Origin: an uncultured Coprococcus sp.
GTDB lineage: Bacteria > Bacillota > Clostridia > Lachnospirales > Lachnospiraceae
DNA: 64,000 nt
Assembly: GCA_902461735.1 (NCBI GenBank)
Contig: CABPYV010000007.1
Span: forward strand, 96,471-160,470
Reading direction: 5' to 3'
The position numbers and the translations under genes are program-made. Of this stretch, positions 1 to 10,919 are shown piece after piece. A model generated the notes under the pieces. It saw only the letters and a program-made list of their open reading frames with translations. It searched no databases and had not been told where the DNA came from. The number at the start of each line of letters is the position of its first letter. The first letter of the stretch is position 1.

Positions 1-660
1 GATCAAAGCCATGATCATTCCAACAATATTCAACAGATTTGGTATATGTGTTGAACCCTTCTTGACATCTACAGGAACATTCTGTCTGTACTCATACCCA
101 ACATATCCCATCGGACTGTCATACGGTGTAGACTGCTGACCCGGTTGACCGTATGGTGGCTGCTGATATGGCTGCTGCCCTGACGAACCATAATTCTGCG
201 GCTGTCCCAGTGCGCCATGCTGCGGCTGCTGATATGGCTGCTGCCCTGCCGGACCATAGTTCTGCGGCTGTCCCGGTGCGCCATACTGCGGCTGCTGATA
301 TGGCTGCTGCCCTGACGAACCATAATTCTGCGGCTGACCCAGCTGGCTGTACTGTGGTCTCTGCTGATATTCCTGTCCGTCTGCCTGCATCTGCTGTGCA
401 TATGAATCCTGATTCCACTGTCTCTGCTGATCATATCCTGACTGTCCGTGATACGGCTGCTGCTCTGCCGGACCATAGTTCTGCTGCTGTCCTGGTGCGC
501 TGTACTGCTGCCCTGCCGGACCATAATTCTGCTGCTGTCCCGGCTGATCATATCCCGACTGTGCTTGTACGTTGTTCAGCATATCTTTCTGTTCCAGATT
601 ACCCTCTAATGACAATCTATCATCCTTGCGGATACCATCTACATTGTTCTGTTCATCCAT
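1..660 (-). CDS. Partial CDS (the C-terminal part of the protein lies beyond the window start). Gln/Pro/Tyr-rich tandem-repeat protein with a hydrophobic (probable TM) segment at the window edge. Starts MDEQNNVDGIRKDD.
   Basis: Manual translation of the minus frame ending at position 1. ATG at 660-658 preceded by GGAGG 8 nt upstream. The frame stays open to position 1 and reads ...GQQPYQQPQYGAPGQPQNYGPA repeats...DSPMGYVGYEYRQNVPVDVKKGSTHIPNLLNIVGMIMALI. The listed ORFs 69..551(-) and 153..683(+) are other frames of the same repeat region. Confidence 0.6.
   Translation of the reverse strand, partial: MDEQNNVDGIRKDDRLSLEGNLEQKDMLNNVQAQSGYDQPGQQQNYGPAGQQYSAPGQQQNYGPAEQQPYHGQSGYDQQRQWNQDSYAQQMQADGQEYQQRPQYSQLGQPQNYGSSGQQPYQQPQYGAPGQPQNYGPAGQQPYQQPQHGALGQPQNYGSSGQQPYQQPPYGQPGQQSTPYDSPMGYVGYEYRQNVPVDVKKGSTHIPNLLNIVGMIMALI
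95..560. repeat. 66-bp tandem repeats (3 near-perfect copies at ~161-358 plus degenerate copies). They encode 22-aa Q/P/Y-rich repeats in the minus-strand gene.
   Basis: Direct reading: ctgctgatatggctgctgccctgacgaaccataattctgcggctgtcccagtgcgccatgctgcgg recurs with 66-bp period. Confidence 0.8.
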
Positions 661-699
661 GTTGTCATCTACCTCCGATGTAATTATTCGACACATCCC

Positions 700-3651
700 T
701 TACATGCCGAGATACCTCTTCAGATACTGCCCTGTATACGACTGAGATATCTTTGCTACTTCTTCCGGAGTTCCACTGGCAATGACCGTTCCACCTCCAG
801 CGCCTCCTTCAGGTCCCATGTCAATAATATAATCTGCGGTCTTGATGACGTCAAGGTTATGTTCGATAACAACAACCGTATTTCCGCCCTCGCTGAGCCT
901 CCTGAGTATATCCACAAGCCTGTGAACATCAGCAAAATGAAGTCCCGTGGTAGGCTCGTCAAGTACATATATTGTCTTTCCTGTTCCACGCCTTGACAAC
1001 TCGGTTGCAAGCTTGATTCTCTGTGCCTCTCCGCCTGACAGAGTGGTGGATGGCTGTCCAAGCCTGATATATCCTAGTCCCACATCTCGCAACGTTTCTA
1101 TCTTCCTGAGTATTCTCGGAACATTTGCAAAGAACTCACATGCCTCATCAACAGTCATATCGAGAACTTCATTGATACTCTTACCCTTGTATTTGACCTC
1201 CAGGGTCTCCCTGTTGTATCTCTTTCCTCCGCACACTTCACATGGCACATATATATCAGGCAGGAAATGCATCTCTATCTTGATTATTCCGTCTCCGCGA
1301 CACGCCTCACATCGTCCGCCGGATACGTTAAAGCTGAATCTTCCCTTGCCGTAACCTCTAGCCTTGGCATCCTTGGTTCCTGCAAACAGATCCCTTATCA
1401 GATCAAATGTACCTGTATAGGTAGCCGGATTGGATCTCGGAGTTCTACCTATAGGTGACTGGTCTATATTAATGATCTTGTCAAGAGCATCATATCCAAT
1501 GATGTGATCATGCTTTCCTGCTTTAATCCTGCTCTTGTTGAGTCTTCTCGCCAGCTTCTTGTACAGGATCTCATTTACCAGAGAACTTTTGCCCGAACCT
1601 GATACACCCGTCACACATGTCATGATTCCAAGCGGTATATCCACATCTATATGCTTGAGGTTGTTCTCATATGCATTCTTGACTGTGAGCCACCCTGTTG
1701 GCTTTCTCCTCACATCCGGAACCTCTATCTTCTTCCTGCCACTTAAGTAGTCGCCGGTGATAGAATTCTCGCACTTCATGATATCCTCTGCGGTTCCCTC
1801 TGCAACCACATATCCACCATTTGCACCGGCTCCCGGTCCTATATCTATGATGTGATCCGCAGCCCTCATAGTGTCCTCGTCATGCTCGACAACGATCAGA
1901 GTATTTCCAAGGTCTCTCAGATTCTTGAGAGCAGCTATGAGCTTGTCATTATCCCTCTGATGAAGTCCGATACTCGGCTCGTCAAGAATATACGCAACAC
2001 CCACCAGACCTGACCCTATCTGCGTGGCAAGTCTAATTCTCTGCGCCTCGCCTCCCGAGAGCGTGCTTGTACCCCTGCTCAGACACAAATAGTCAAGACC
2101 CACGTCTATAAGGAAATGCAATCTCGACCTTATCTCCTTGAGTATAGCTGCGCCTATCATCTTCTGTCTGTCCGTGAGCTCCAGCTCTTTCATGAATTTT
2201 GCAAGTTCTGTGATAGGAAGCTCTGTAAGTTCAGCAATATTCTTATCTCCAACCGTCACCGCAAGGGCTGTAGGCTTAAGTCTCTTGCCGCCACAGACCT
2301 CACACGGAGTTATAGTCATGAATGTCTCATACTCAGCCTTTGTGGACTCGGCAGATGTCTCCCGGTATCTTCTTGCAACACTCTTCAGAAGTCCTTCAAA
2401 TGTTATATCATACACACCCTCACCGCGCTGTCCCTTATAGTACACCTTAACTGGGCGAGAGTTCTTTCCATATAATAAGAGATCTTTTATATCCTGTGGG
2501 TAATCCTGAAATGGTGTATCCAGAGAGAACCCATATTCCTCACCGAGTGCCTTGAGTATTGCATTTGAATAGCTCTTGCCATCATTGCATGACTGCCATC
2601 CAAGTACCACAATGGCTCCATCATTTATAGACAGACTCTGATCCGGTATCATAAGATCAGGATCAAATTCCATCTTGAAGCCAAGACCTGCACATGTCGG
2701 ACAGGCGCCAAATGGATTGTTGAATGAGAAGCTTCTCGGCTCTATCTCATCTATGCTGATTCCGCAATCCGGGCATGAAAAGCTGTCTGAAAAATTGATG
2801 ACAGTATTCTCCTTCTGAACACCGTTCTCATCCCTCTCCCCGATCACCTCAATCTTCATAAGCCCTTCTGCAAGCTGAAGGGCAGTCTCTATGGAATCAG
2901 TAAGTCTGCGCTCCACATCCTGTCTGACAACCAGACGGTCGACTACTATATCTATGCTGTGTTTCTTATTCTTATCAAGCTTTATCTCCTCCGACAACTC
3001 ATACATACTGCCGTCGACTATCACCCTGACAAATCCGCTCTTCTTTGCCTTCTCAAGAAGCTTTACATGCTCTCCCTTTCGACCTCTGACCACAGGCGCA
3101 AGCACCATGAACTTTGTCCTCTCAGGTAGCTTCATGATCTCATCCACCATCTGGTCAACCGTCTGTCTGCTTATGACCTTGCCGCAGTTCGGGCAGTGTG
3201 GTATTCCCACTCTTGCATATAAAAGTCTGAAATAGTCATATATCTCCGTGACAGTACCAACTGTAGATCGAGGGTTCCTGTTTGTTGACTTCTGATCTAT
3301 AGAGATAGCCGGTGACAGTCCCTCGATCTTGTCCACGTCCGGCTTCTCTGCCTGTCCAAGGAACTGTCTAGCATAGGATGACAGAGATTCCATATATCTT
3401 CTCTGCCCCTCCGCATATATCGTGTCAAATGCCAGCGAAGACTTACCCGATCCCGAAAGTCCTGTCACGACGACAAATTTGTCCCTTGGAATCTTGACAT
3501 TAATATTCTTCAGATTATTTTCACGTGCGCCCTCAATAGTAATATACTTCCTATCAATATTCCTGCTGGCGTTGAAATAATCATCCTTCATGCTCGCATC
3601 CGTTATATCCTCCAGATGCTCACTGCGTTCATAATTCTTATTGTCTTCCAT
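700..3651 (-). CDS. uvrA: Excinuclease ABC subunit A (UvrA).
   Basis: 983-aa ORF with tandem ABC ATPase motifs ([27 protein letters not shown]), a zinc-finger Cys cluster and the typical UvrA N-terminus ([14 protein letters not shown]). The true start may be the internal Met MKDDYF. Confidence 0.95.
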   Translation of the reverse strand: MEDNKNYERSEHLEDITDASMKDDYFNASRNIDRKYITIEGARENNLKNINVKIPRDKFVVVTGLSGSGKSSLAFDTIYAEGQRRYMESLSSYARQFLGQAEKPDVDKIEGLSPAISIDQKSTNRNPRSTVGTVTEIYDYFRLLYARVGIPHCPNCGKVISRQTVDQMVDEIMKLPERTKFMVLAPVVRGRKGEHVKLLEKAKKSGFVRVIVDGSMYELSEEIKLDKNKKHSIDIVVDRLVVRQDVERRLTDSIETALQLAEGLMKIEVIGERDENGVQKENTVINFSDSFSCPDCGISIDEIEPRSFSFNNPFGACPTCAGLGFKMEFDPDLMIPDQSLSINDGAIVVLGWQSCNDGKSYSNAILKALGEEYGFSLDTPFQDYPQDIKDLLLYGKNSRPVKVYYKGQRGEGVYDITFEGLLKSVARRYRETSAESTKAEYETFMTITPCEVCGGKRLKPTALAVTVGDKNIAELTELPITELAKFMKELELTDRQKMIGAAILKEIRSRLHFLIDVGLDYLCLSRGTSTLSGGEAQRIRLATQIGSGLVGVAYILDEPSIGLHQRDNDKLIAALKNLRDLGNTLIVVEHDEDTMRAADHIIDIGPGAGANGGYVVAEGTAEDIMKCENSITGDYLSGRKKIEVPDVRRKPTGWLTVKNAYENNLKHIDVDIPLGIMTCVTGVSGSGKSSLVNEILYKKLARRLNKSRIKAGKHDHIIGYDALDKIINIDQSPIGRTPRSNPATYTGTFDLIRDLFAGTKDAKARGYGKGRFSFNVSGGRCEACRGDGIIKIEMHFLPDIYVPCEVCGGKRYNRETLEVKYKGKSINEVLDMTVDEACEFFANVPRILRKIETLRDVGLGYIRLGQPSTTLSGGEAQRIKLATELSRRGTGKTIYVLDEPTTGLHFADVHRLVDILRRLSEGGNTVVVIEHNLDVIKTADYIIDMGPEGGAGGGTVIASGTPEEVAKISQSYTGQYLKRYLGM

Positions 3652-3773
3652 CTTGATCTAACCTTTTCTCTTTATTATTTATATTCCATATATAGTAATC
3701 TACACTTTCTGTGATTACCGTTTCTATCACAACTATCATGATCCAATTCACTACTCACCAATCATATTTGCCA

Positions 3774-5762
3774 CTAGTCCTTATCATAATCTCTGAGTGC
3801 CGCCTTGTACACCTTGAGCTGATCCCTGATCTCCGCCGCCACCTCAAAGTTGAGATCCGCTGCCGCCATATTCATCTTCTTGGTCAGCTTGGCGATAACC
3901 TTCTGCAGCTCCTTCTTCGTCATGGACTCAGCGTCCTTATCCTCAGCTGGAAGCTCCTCCTTCTTCACCTCTATGGTTATGAGGTCCCTGATACTTTTCT
4001 CTATAGTCTTAGGGGTTATTCCATGTTCCTCATTATACTTCTGCTGTATCTCACGACGTCTACTCGTCTCATCGAGGGCATACTTCATGGAGCCCGTGAT
4101 AGTATCTGCATACATGATGACATGTCCATCTACATTTCGGGCTGCTCTTCCTATGGTCTGGATGAGCGATGTCTCCGATCTCAGGAAACCTTCCTTGTCA
4201 GCATCCAGTATTGCCACCAAAGTGATCTCCGGTATATCAAGTCCCTCTCTCAGAAGGTTGATTCCAACAAGCACGTCGAACACGCCAAGACGGAGATCTC
4301 TCACTATCTCAACTCTCTCCATAGTGTCTATATCCGAGTGCAGATATTTTACCTTTATATCATTATCCCTCATATAACTGGTGAGGTCCTCAGCCATACG
4401 TTTTGTAAGAGTAGTTACAAGCACCTTGTGTCCCTGCTCAGTCTCCTTGCGGACCTCTTTGAGCAGATCGTCTATCTGTCCCTCAACCGGTCTGACCTCA
4501 ACCGGCGGATCAAGAAGTCCCGTAGGTCTGATGATCTGTTCAGCCATGAGCATCTGGTGTTCTTCCTCGTATTTGCCTGGTGTAGCAGATACGAACATGA
4601 CCTGATCCAGTTTCTGCTCAAATTCTGAGAAATTGAGAGGTCTGTTGTCAAGTGCCGACGGAAGCCTGAAGCCGTAGTCCACCAGATTCATCTTACGTGA
4701 ACGGTCTCCCGAATACATAGCACCAACCTGCGGCACTGTCATATGCGACTCATCTATAATAAGAAGGAAGTCATCACCAAAGAAATCCAGCAATGTGCTC
4801 GGTGTCTCCCCAGCTGATCTGCCAGCCAGAGGTCCTGAATAATTCTCTATACCCGAGCAAAATCCAGTCTCCCGCATCATCTCCATGTCAAAGTTGGTTC
4901 TCTCCTCGATACGCTGAGCCTCTATTAGCTTATCCTTTGACTTGAAGTAAGCAACTCTATCCTTGAGTTCTGCCTCGATACGTTTCAGAGCCTTCTCCAT
5001 CTTCTCCTGTCCAACTACATAGTGGGATGCCGGGAACAGACAAGTGTATGTCAGATCCCTCTTTCCCTCTCCGGTGAGCGGGTCAAATTCCGTGATTCTA
5101 TCTATCTCATCTCCGAAGAATTCTATCCTTATTCCATCATCAAATGTAGACACAGGAATGATCTCCAGCACATCCCCACGCACCCTGAACGTACCTCTCT
5201 GCAGATCCATGTCATTCCTGTCATACTGTATATCTGTCAGCTCATCGATGACCTGATCCCTGTCCTTTATCATGCCCACTCTGAATGAGAGCATCTGATT
5301 TCTATACTCGTCCGGATCACCGATACCATATATACACGATACAGACGCAACCACGATGACGTCCTTCCTGTCTATAAGTGCCGCTGTTGCACTATGCCTC
5401 ATACGGTCAATGTCATCATTTATAGATGAATCCTTTGCAATATAAGTATCCGTAGACGCAACATATGCCTCCGGCTGGTAATAATCATAGTATGAAACAA
5501 AATACTCCACTGCATTATTCGGGAAAAATTCCTTCATCTCTCCATAAAGCTGCGCCGCCAAAGTCTTGTTATGTGCAAGAACCAAAGTAGGCTTATTCAG
5601 CTGCTGTATGACATTCGCCATGGTGAATGTCTTACCTGATCCGGTTACACCAAGCAACGTCTCAAACTGATTACCCTCTTTAAATCCATTCACCAATTTC
5701 TCTATAGCCTCCGGCTGATCTCCGGTGGGCTTATATTCCGATACCAATTCAAAATGATCCAT
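3774..5762 (-). CDS. uvrB: Excinuclease ABC subunit B (UvrB).
   Basis: 662-aa ORF. N-terminus [20 protein letters not shown] and helicase motifs ([12 protein letters not shown]). AGGAG RBS upstream. Confidence 0.95.
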   Translation of the reverse strand: MDHFELVSEYKPTGDQPEAIEKLVNGFKEGNQFETLLGVTGSGKTFTMANVIQQLNKPTLVLAHNKTLAAQLYGEMKEFFPNNAVEYFVSYYDYYQPEAYVASTDTYIAKDSSINDDIDRMRHSATAALIDRKDVIVVASVSCIYGIGDPDEYRNQMLSFRVGMIKDRDQVIDELTDIQYDRNDMDLQRGTFRVRGDVLEIIPVSTFDDGIRIEFFGDEIDRITEFDPLTGEGKRDLTYTCLFPASHYVVGQEKMEKALKRIEAELKDRVAYFKSKDKLIEAQRIEERTNFDMEMMRETGFCSGIENYSGPLAGRSAGETPSTLLDFFGDDFLLIIDESHMTVPQVGAMYSGDRSRKMNLVDYGFRLPSALDNRPLNFSEFEQKLDQVMFVSATPGKYEEEHQMLMAEQIIRPTGLLDPPVEVRPVEGQIDDLLKEVRKETEQGHKVLVTTLTKRMAEDLTSYMRDNDIKVKYLHSDIDTMERVEIVRDLRLGVFDVLVGINLLREGLDIPEITLVAILDADKEGFLRSETSLIQTIGRAARNVDGHVIMYADTITGSMKYALDETSRRREIQQKYNEEHGITPKTIEKSIRDLITIEVKKEELPAEDKDAESMTKKELQKVIAKLTKKMNMAAADLNFEVAAEIRDQLKVYKAALRDYDKD

Positions 5763-5803
5763 AAAAGTCTCCTACTCTATGCTAAAGCCTGCATCCATTA
5801 TAT

Positions 5804-5816
5804 CGAACATTCGTTC
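5804..5816. promoter_or_regulatory. LexA/SOS (Cheo) box CGAACATTCGTTC, 42 bp upstream of the uvrB start.
   Basis: Matches the Firmicute SOS box consensus CGAACN4GTTC, and is located in the uvrB promoter region. Confidence 0.65.
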
Positions 5817-5944
5817 TTATATCAAGTAAAAACATGGCAGTTATTCAAGTTTATTTATCCCCCGAACAACTGCCACCATGCACCAATTCTTTAACAAATT
5901 CAGTAGTCAACGCCTTACTCTCAGCTCCTTCTATGTCACTCCTT

Positions 5945-6319
5945 CTATGCCACTGATTCGTCCTCATCCAGACATATCTCATAATGGCCATTCTCATTGA
6001 CAGTTGCCACGATTCTCTCGAATCCCGTATAGAAGTCAATGACATACAAACCATTTGTTCTGTAGATGACTGCCTCTGCATTCATCTCTGAGATCTTCGA
6101 CATACTGTCTTTCAGTATGCCCTCGCTGACTCTGATGATCTGCCTTTCTTTGTCAACCTGTCTGTCCTTCTGAATCTCCTTATAATAAAGGAAGAGATTC
6201 TCCTCAAGAGCCTTTGACTTACAGCTGCATTTGTGAAAATAGCTGCTGATGATCATATAAAGCATGTATGCTGTCTCCTGCTGTCTGTGTGATATTTTCT
6301 CTACAAATGAATATCTCAT
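5945..6319 (-). CDS. Hypothetical small protein (~124 aa; the ORF track gives 5945..6334, but the second Met MRYSF has the better RBS spacing).
   Basis: ORF MEVTNMRYSFVEKISHRQQ... GGAGGTAACGAAT precedes the second ATG. No recognisable family. Confidence 0.45.
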   Translation of the reverse strand: MRYSFVEKISHRQQETAYMLYMIISSYFHKCSCKSKALEENLFLYYKEIQKDRQVDKERQIIRVSEGILKDSMSKISEMNAEAVIYRTNGLYVIDFYTGFERIVATVNENGHYEICLDEDESVA

Positions 6320-6630
6320 ATTCGTTACCTCCATAATGAAAAATTAAATCTACATATATCTACCAATGTGTTATCAAAAGCTTTACCAACTAACACCCAT
6401 CCGGCGCCTGCTCCTCGGTCTGTCATTCTTCAGCCGATGACAGTCGCTGTGTCCGTATTCTTTGCTGCCCCGGTCACTGGGCAGATACGTATTCAATTGT
6501 CAAATACAATCTGACTCAAGGTCCAAAAGCAACAAAAAAAGAGTCATGATTGCAGAATTGTAGTGCATACAAATCCTAATAATCTTAAACTCTTCAACTT
6601 AATATATGTTTTATTCAATTTTCATTATGG

Positions 6631-6683
6631 CATCAGCAATTTGCTGATGTACTTGTTATAACATAATATATATTTGACGTCAA
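6631..6683 (-). promoter_or_regulatory. Candidate sigma-A promoter on the minus strand (-35 TTGACG, 17-bp spacer, -10 TATAAC) with a perfect 19-bp palindrome CATCAGCAATTTGCTGATG (6631-6649) at the predicted transcription start. It would drive a ~300-nt leader and the small ORF 5945..6319.
   Basis: Reverse complement of 6655-6683 reads TTGACGtcaaatatatattatgtTATAAC. The palindrome was read directly. Confidence 0.45.
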
Positions 6684-6753
6684 CACATTTTCGAAATATT
6701 TGGCGTCAACACATTTTCGAAATATTTGGCGTCAACACATTTTCGAAATATTT
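6675..6753. repeat. Three tandem 26-bp direct repeats (g[a/g]cgtcaacacattttcgaaatattt). The first copy contains the CRE-like palindrome TTGACGTCAA.
   Basis: Direct reading of 6671-6755. Confidence 0.85.
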
Positions 6754-6872
6754 GTAGCAGTATTTTTTATACCAGATAATACTATGCTTATAAAACACAA
6801 GAGAGCCAGATTTCTCCGACTCTCTTAAATATGCATCCACAAATGCATACCCCAATTAGTATTTCTAATTTC

Positions 6873-7643
6873 CTACCTTATCGCATCCTTCATGCTCTTC
6901 ACATAATCTCTCACATAAGGCACACAGTCCTTGCCGTACTGGGCACACAGCTTGACGATGGCTGAACCGACGATGACACCGTCTGACTTCTCCGCCATCT
7001 GCTTTGCCTGCTCAGGTGTGGATATTCCGAATCCTACAGCGCAAGGGATGTCCTTCGCCTTCTTCACCAGATTGACCATTGCACCTATGTCTGTGGTGAT
7101 CTTGGTTCTTGTTCCGGTTACACCGAGTGATGACACACAATACACAAATCCACTAGCATCATTTGCGATCATGGATATTCTCTCATGGGATGTCGGTGCG
7201 ATAAGTGAAATGAGATCCACATCATACTGCTTGCAGATTCCGTCAAACTCATCCTTCTCCTCGTAAGGAATGTCAGGAAGGATCAGACCGTCTATGCCGA
7301 TCTCCTTGCATGTGCTGATAAATCTCTCCGAACCGTACGAGAACACGACATTTGCATATGTCATGAACACCATAGGTATTGTCACTTTCTTGCGGAGCTT
7401 TCTCACAAGGTCAAATACCTTGTCTGTCGTCACACCGCCTGCCAGCGCTCTTATATTTGCGCCCTGGATGACCGGGCCCTCGGCTGTCGGGTCTGAGAAT
7501 GGGATTCCCAGCTCGATGAGGTCTGCGCCGGCCTCCACCATTGCGTATACTACCTCCTCTGTCACATCCAGCGACGGATCGCCACATGTCACAAATGGTA
7601 TAAATGCTTTTCCATGCTCAAATGCTTTTGCTATATTACTCAT
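6873..7643 (-). CDS. trpA: Tryptophan synthase alpha chain. Start taken at [10 protein letters not shown], 2 nt after the trpB stop; the ORF track extends to 7706.
   Basis: Motifs [24 protein letters not shown] and GFGIS, and operon position after trpB. Confidence 0.9.
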   Translation of the reverse strand: MSNIAKAFEHGKAFIPFVTCGDPSLDVTEEVVYAMVEAGADLIELGIPFSDPTAEGPVIQGANIRALAGGVTTDKVFDLVRKLRKKVTIPMVFMTYANVVFSYGSERFISTCKEIGIDGLILPDIPYEEKDEFDGICKQYDVDLISLIAPTSHERISMIANDASGFVYCVSSLGVTGTRTKITTDIGAMVNLVKKAKDIPCAVGFGISTPEQAKQMAEKSDGVIVGSAIVKLCAQYGKDCVPYVRDYVKSMKDAIR

Positions 7644-8820
7644 GAAGATCCTCCCCTCTGTATCTTGCGATGGCTGCAACGTCCTTGTCGCCACGTCCTG
7701 ATACATTGATCACTATTATTTTATCCTTATCCATTGTAGGTGCCAGCTTCATGGCGTAAGCCACAGCATGTGCGCTCTCTATCGCAGGGATGATTCCCTC
7801 AATCTTTGACAGATATTCAAATGCATCAACTGCCTCATCATCTGTGATAGCCACATACTCCGCACGTCCGATGTCGTGAAGGTATGCATGTTCAGGTCCG
7901 ATTCCCGGGTAGTCAAGTCCCGCTGAGATCGAATATACAGGTGCTATCTGACCAAATTCATCCTGACAGAAGTAAGACTTCATGCCGTGGAATATACCAA
8001 GCTTTCCAGTCGCAATAGTTGCCGCAGTCTCGAATGTATCAACGCCTCTGCCCGCCGCCTCACAGCCGATCAGCCTGACGCTCTCGTCAGGTATGAAATC
8101 ATAGAAAGCTCCGATGGCATTTGAACCGCCGCCCACACATGCCATGACAACATCAGGAAGTCTTCCCTCCTTCTCCATGAGCTGTGCCTTGATCTCTTTA
8201 CTGATCACAGCCTGGAAATCACGAACGATCTCAGGGAAAGGATATGGTCCCATGACTGAGCCGAGTACATAGTGTGTGTCATCAATCCTGCTTGTCCACT
8301 CACGGAATGCCTCAGATACAGCATCCTTCAGTGTGGCTGTTCCAGTTTTTACCGGATGAACCTTTGCTCCTAAGAGTCTCATTCTGTACACGTTGAGAGC
8401 CTGTCTGATCGTGTCCTCCTCACCCATGTATATCTCGCACTCCATGCCCATCATGGCTGCAACTGTAGCTGTTGCAACACCGTGCTGTCCGGCACCGGTC
8501 TCCGCGATAACTCTTGTCTTACCCATTCTCTTGGCAAGGAGCATCTGTCCGATTACGTTGTTGATCTTGTGCGCTCCTGTGTGGTTCAGATCCTCTCTCT
8601 TAAGGTAGATCTTTGCTCCGCCCAGATCCTTTGTCATTCTCTCCGCATAATAAAGTCTGCTAGGTCTTCCCGCATACTCGTTGAGCATCTCTGTGAGTTC
8701 TCTGTTGAACTCCGGATCATCCTTATATTTTTTGTATGCCTCCTCCAGCTCCAGCATCGCATTCATCAGAGTCTCTGGAATGTACTGGCCGCCGTGAACG
8801 CCAAATCTGCCTTTTGACAT
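7636..8820 (-). CDS. trpB: Tryptophan synthase beta chain. Start at [16 protein letters not shown]; the ORF track extends to 8910.
   Basis: PLP lysine motif [17 protein letters not shown] and the typical N-terminus. AGGAGG RBS before the ATG at 8820. Confidence 0.92.
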   Translation of the reverse strand: MSKGRFGVHGGQYIPETLMNAMLELEEAYKKYKDDPEFNRELTEMLNEYAGRPSRLYYAERMTKDLGGAKIYLKREDLNHTGAHKINNVIGQMLLAKRMGKTRVIAETGAGQHGVATATVAAMMGMECEIYMGEEDTIRQALNVYRMRLLGAKVHPVKTGTATLKDAVSEAFREWTSRIDDTHYVLGSVMGPYPFPEIVRDFQAVISKEIKAQLMEKEGRLPDVVMACVGGGSNAIGAFYDFIPDESVRLIGCEAAGRGVDTFETAATIATGKLGIFHGMKSYFCQDEFGQIAPVYSISAGLDYPGIGPEHAYLHDIGRAEYVAITDDEAVDAFEYLSKIEGIIPAIESAHAVAYAMKLAPTMDKDKIIVINVSGRGDKDVAAIARYRGEDLHE

Positions 8821-8967
8821 ATGTTCTTCCTCCTGTTTTTGTCTTCTCAGATATATTTTCAAATGTATTTCTACACTTTTGTATTGTGTTTCTTCTATAT
8901 AATATAACAATCAAACGAATTATATTTCGTTCTCTACATTGCTTTTTCAGATGAGCCTGAATACTTT

Positions 8968-9828
8968 CTACTCGCCTCTAAGTTCCACAAACAACTTCTT
9001 CTTGTCAGGACTTCTCATAAAAGTCTCGCCTATGAGCACCGCATCCGTTCCATTTGCCTTAAGCCTGTCTATGTCCTCCTTTGTCTTGATTCCACTCTCA
9101 GACACATACACCATCTTCTGAGGGACGGAGGGGACAGGTACCTCCGTCCCCATATGGGTGGCTGGCACCGTATCCGGTATCAACTTTCTTAGACGAACGC
9201 TGTTCATGATGTCCACCGTAAATATTCTGAGATCCCTGTTGTTCACTCCGATGATGCCTGCTCCGCAGGCTATCGCCCGTCTGACCTCATCCTCATCGTG
9301 AGCCTCAACCAGAGCCGACATTCCAAGTTTATGTGCAAGCCGAAGATATGAGGCAAGCTGCTCGTCATCCAATATGGCGCAAATCAAAAGCACCGCCGAG
9401 GCTCCTATGACCTTTGCCTCATATATCATATACTCGTCAACTGTGAAATCCTTCCTCAGCAGCGGTATATTTACCTCCTTCTTTATATCCATCAGGAACT
9501 GATTGCTTCCCTGGAAATAAAACGGCTCAGTGAGCACCGATATGGCTGAAGCACCAGCCGCCTCATATTCCTTTGCAATCTCAACATAAGGAAAGTCCGG
9601 TGCGATAAGCCCCTTGGAAGGCGATGCCTTCTTGACCTCACAGATAAACGATATTCCATCTGCCGCCAGATTATCCCTAAATGGGAACTTACTATATGGG
9701 CTGTTGCCGTTATTCGTCTCTCTGGCAACTATATCAAGTGCCTGTCTCTTCATCTCCTCAAGAGGAACCTTTTTCTTTTGCTCCGCCACACGTTCCTTTG
9801 TCTTTGCAGCAATCTCATCTAATATCAT
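8968..9828 (-). CDS. trpC: Indole-3-glycerol phosphate synthase, carrying an in-frame insertion of ~18 aa (TVPATHMGTEVPVPSVPQ) encoded by a GC-rich hairpin element.
   Basis: IGPS motifs (ICEVKKASPSKG, VLTEPFYFQGS, ALVEAHDE, IGVNNRDLRIF, VSESGI). The insert was recognised by comparison with the typical LIPKD-VIVVSESGI region. Confidence 0.88.
   Translation of the reverse strand: MILDEIAAKTKERVAEQKKKVPLEEMKRQALDIVARETNNGNSPYSKFPFRDNLAADGISFICEVKKASPSKGLIAPDFPYVEIAKEYEAAGASAISVLTEPFYFQGSNQFLMDIKKEVNIPLLRKDFTVDEYMIYEAKVIGASAVLLICAILDDEQLASYLRLAHKLGMSALVEAHDEDEVRRAIACGAGIIGVNNRDLRIFTVDIMNSVRLRKLIPDTVPATHMGTEVPVPSVPQKMVYVSESGIKTKEDIDRLKANGTDAVLIGETFMRSPDKKKLFVELRGE
9115..9168. repeat. GC-rich palindromic (REP-like) element GGGACGGAGG-ggacaggta-CCTCCGTCCC plus flanks, lying inside trpC in frame.
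   Basis: A 10-bp perfect stem. The same 31-bp core gggacggaggggacaggtacctccgtcccca recurs at 13701-13731. GC content contrasts sharply with the surrounding sequence. Confidence 0.75.
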
Positions 9829-9877
9829 CTCTTACCTCTCTATACAACTTTCTATCATAGTCTGTGATGAAACTTAT

Positions 9878-10897
9878 CTACTCATTTGTCAGTCTTACAA
9901 ATGCATCAAGCGTCTCAGCAGCCTTGCCACTGTCGATCATGTCCTCTGCTACCTTTATTCCATCCGCTATGGAGTCTGCCTTGCCTGCAATGTAGATACA
10001 AGCGGCTGCGTTCAGTACAACCGCATTTCTCTTGGCTCCTTTGATCTTACCTGACAGAATATCGCGGGTAATCTGTGCGTTCTCCTCAGGACCGCCACCC
10101 ACCAGATCCTCCTTGCTGCATCTCTCAAATCCGAAATCCTCTGGCTTGATCTCGTACTTTGTGATCTCGCCATCTTTGATCTCTGCAACTGTTGTAGGTG
10201 CGCTCATAGATATCTCATCCAGACAATCCTGTCCGTATACGACAAGTCCCCGTTTTACGCCAAGACCAACAAGTACAGGAGCCATCTGATCAACAAGCTC
10301 CTCCTTGTATACTCCCATGATCTGCATCTGAGCCTTTGCCGGGTTGGTGAGAGGTCCAAGGATATTGAATACTGTCGGTATTCCAAGTGCCTTTCTGACC
10401 GGACCTGCATATTTCATCGCCTTGTGATAAACCTGGGCAAACATAAAGCTCATGTTACACTCCGCAAGAACCTTGCCCATCTTTTCAGGTGATATGGAAA
10501 TATTTACACCAAGAGCCTCAAGGACATCTGCTGCTCCACTCTTGCTTGATACGCTTCTGTTACCGTGCTTTGCGATCGGTACTCCGGCCGCTGCTGCAAC
10601 TATTCCACTCGTTGTCGATATGTTAAATGAATTCGCACAATCTCCGCCTGTTCCCACGATCTCAAGAACTTCTATTCCGTCATGTGGAAGAGACTCCGCA
10701 TGGTCTCTCATTCCATTTGCACTGGCTGTTATCTCGTCAAGCGTCTCGCCCTTCATGTGAAGCGCTGTGAGATATCCCGCCGTTGTCTCTCCCGGCACCT
10801 GACCACTGAATATCTCATCCATACTGGCATATGCCTCATCGTATGTAAGATCCTGTCCTGCTGCTACCTTCTTAAGAGTTTCCTGTATCATCGCCAT
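9878..10897 (-). CDS. trpD: Anthranilate phosphoribosyltransferase. The start may be the second Met (MIQETL, 10891) given RBS spacing.
   Basis: GTGGD motif and overall TrpD-like sequence. Operon position. Confidence 0.9.
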   Translation of the reverse strand: MAMIQETLKKVAAGQDLTYDEAYASMDEIFSGQVPGETTAGYLTALHMKGETLDEITASANGMRDHAESLPHDGIEVLEIVGTGGDCANSFNISTTSGIVAAAAGVPIAKHGNRSVSSKSGAADVLEALGVNISISPEKMGKVLAECNMSFMFAQVYHKAMKYAGPVRKALGIPTVFNILGPLTNPAKAQMQIMGVYKEELVDQMAPVLVGLGVKRGLVVYGQDCLDEISMSAPTTVAEIKDGEITKYEIKPEDFGFERCSKEDLVGGGPEENAQITRDILSGKIKGAKRNAVVLNAAACIYIAGKADSIADGIKVAEDMIDSGKAAETLDAFVRLTNE

Positions 10898-10919
10898 ATC
10901 CTCCTTATTTTATATCATT

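Noticed and set aside
69-683. ORFs 69..551(-), 119..418(-) and 153..683(+) as separate genes.
   Set aside because: They are alternative-frame readings of the 66-bp repeat region. The biologically sensible frame is the minus-strand frame starting at 660 with a GGAGG RBS, which runs off the window at position 1.
3711-4628. 305-aa ORF on the + strand.
   Set aside because: It is entirely antisense to uvrB and has a low-complexity Leu/Ile-rich translation. It is spurious.
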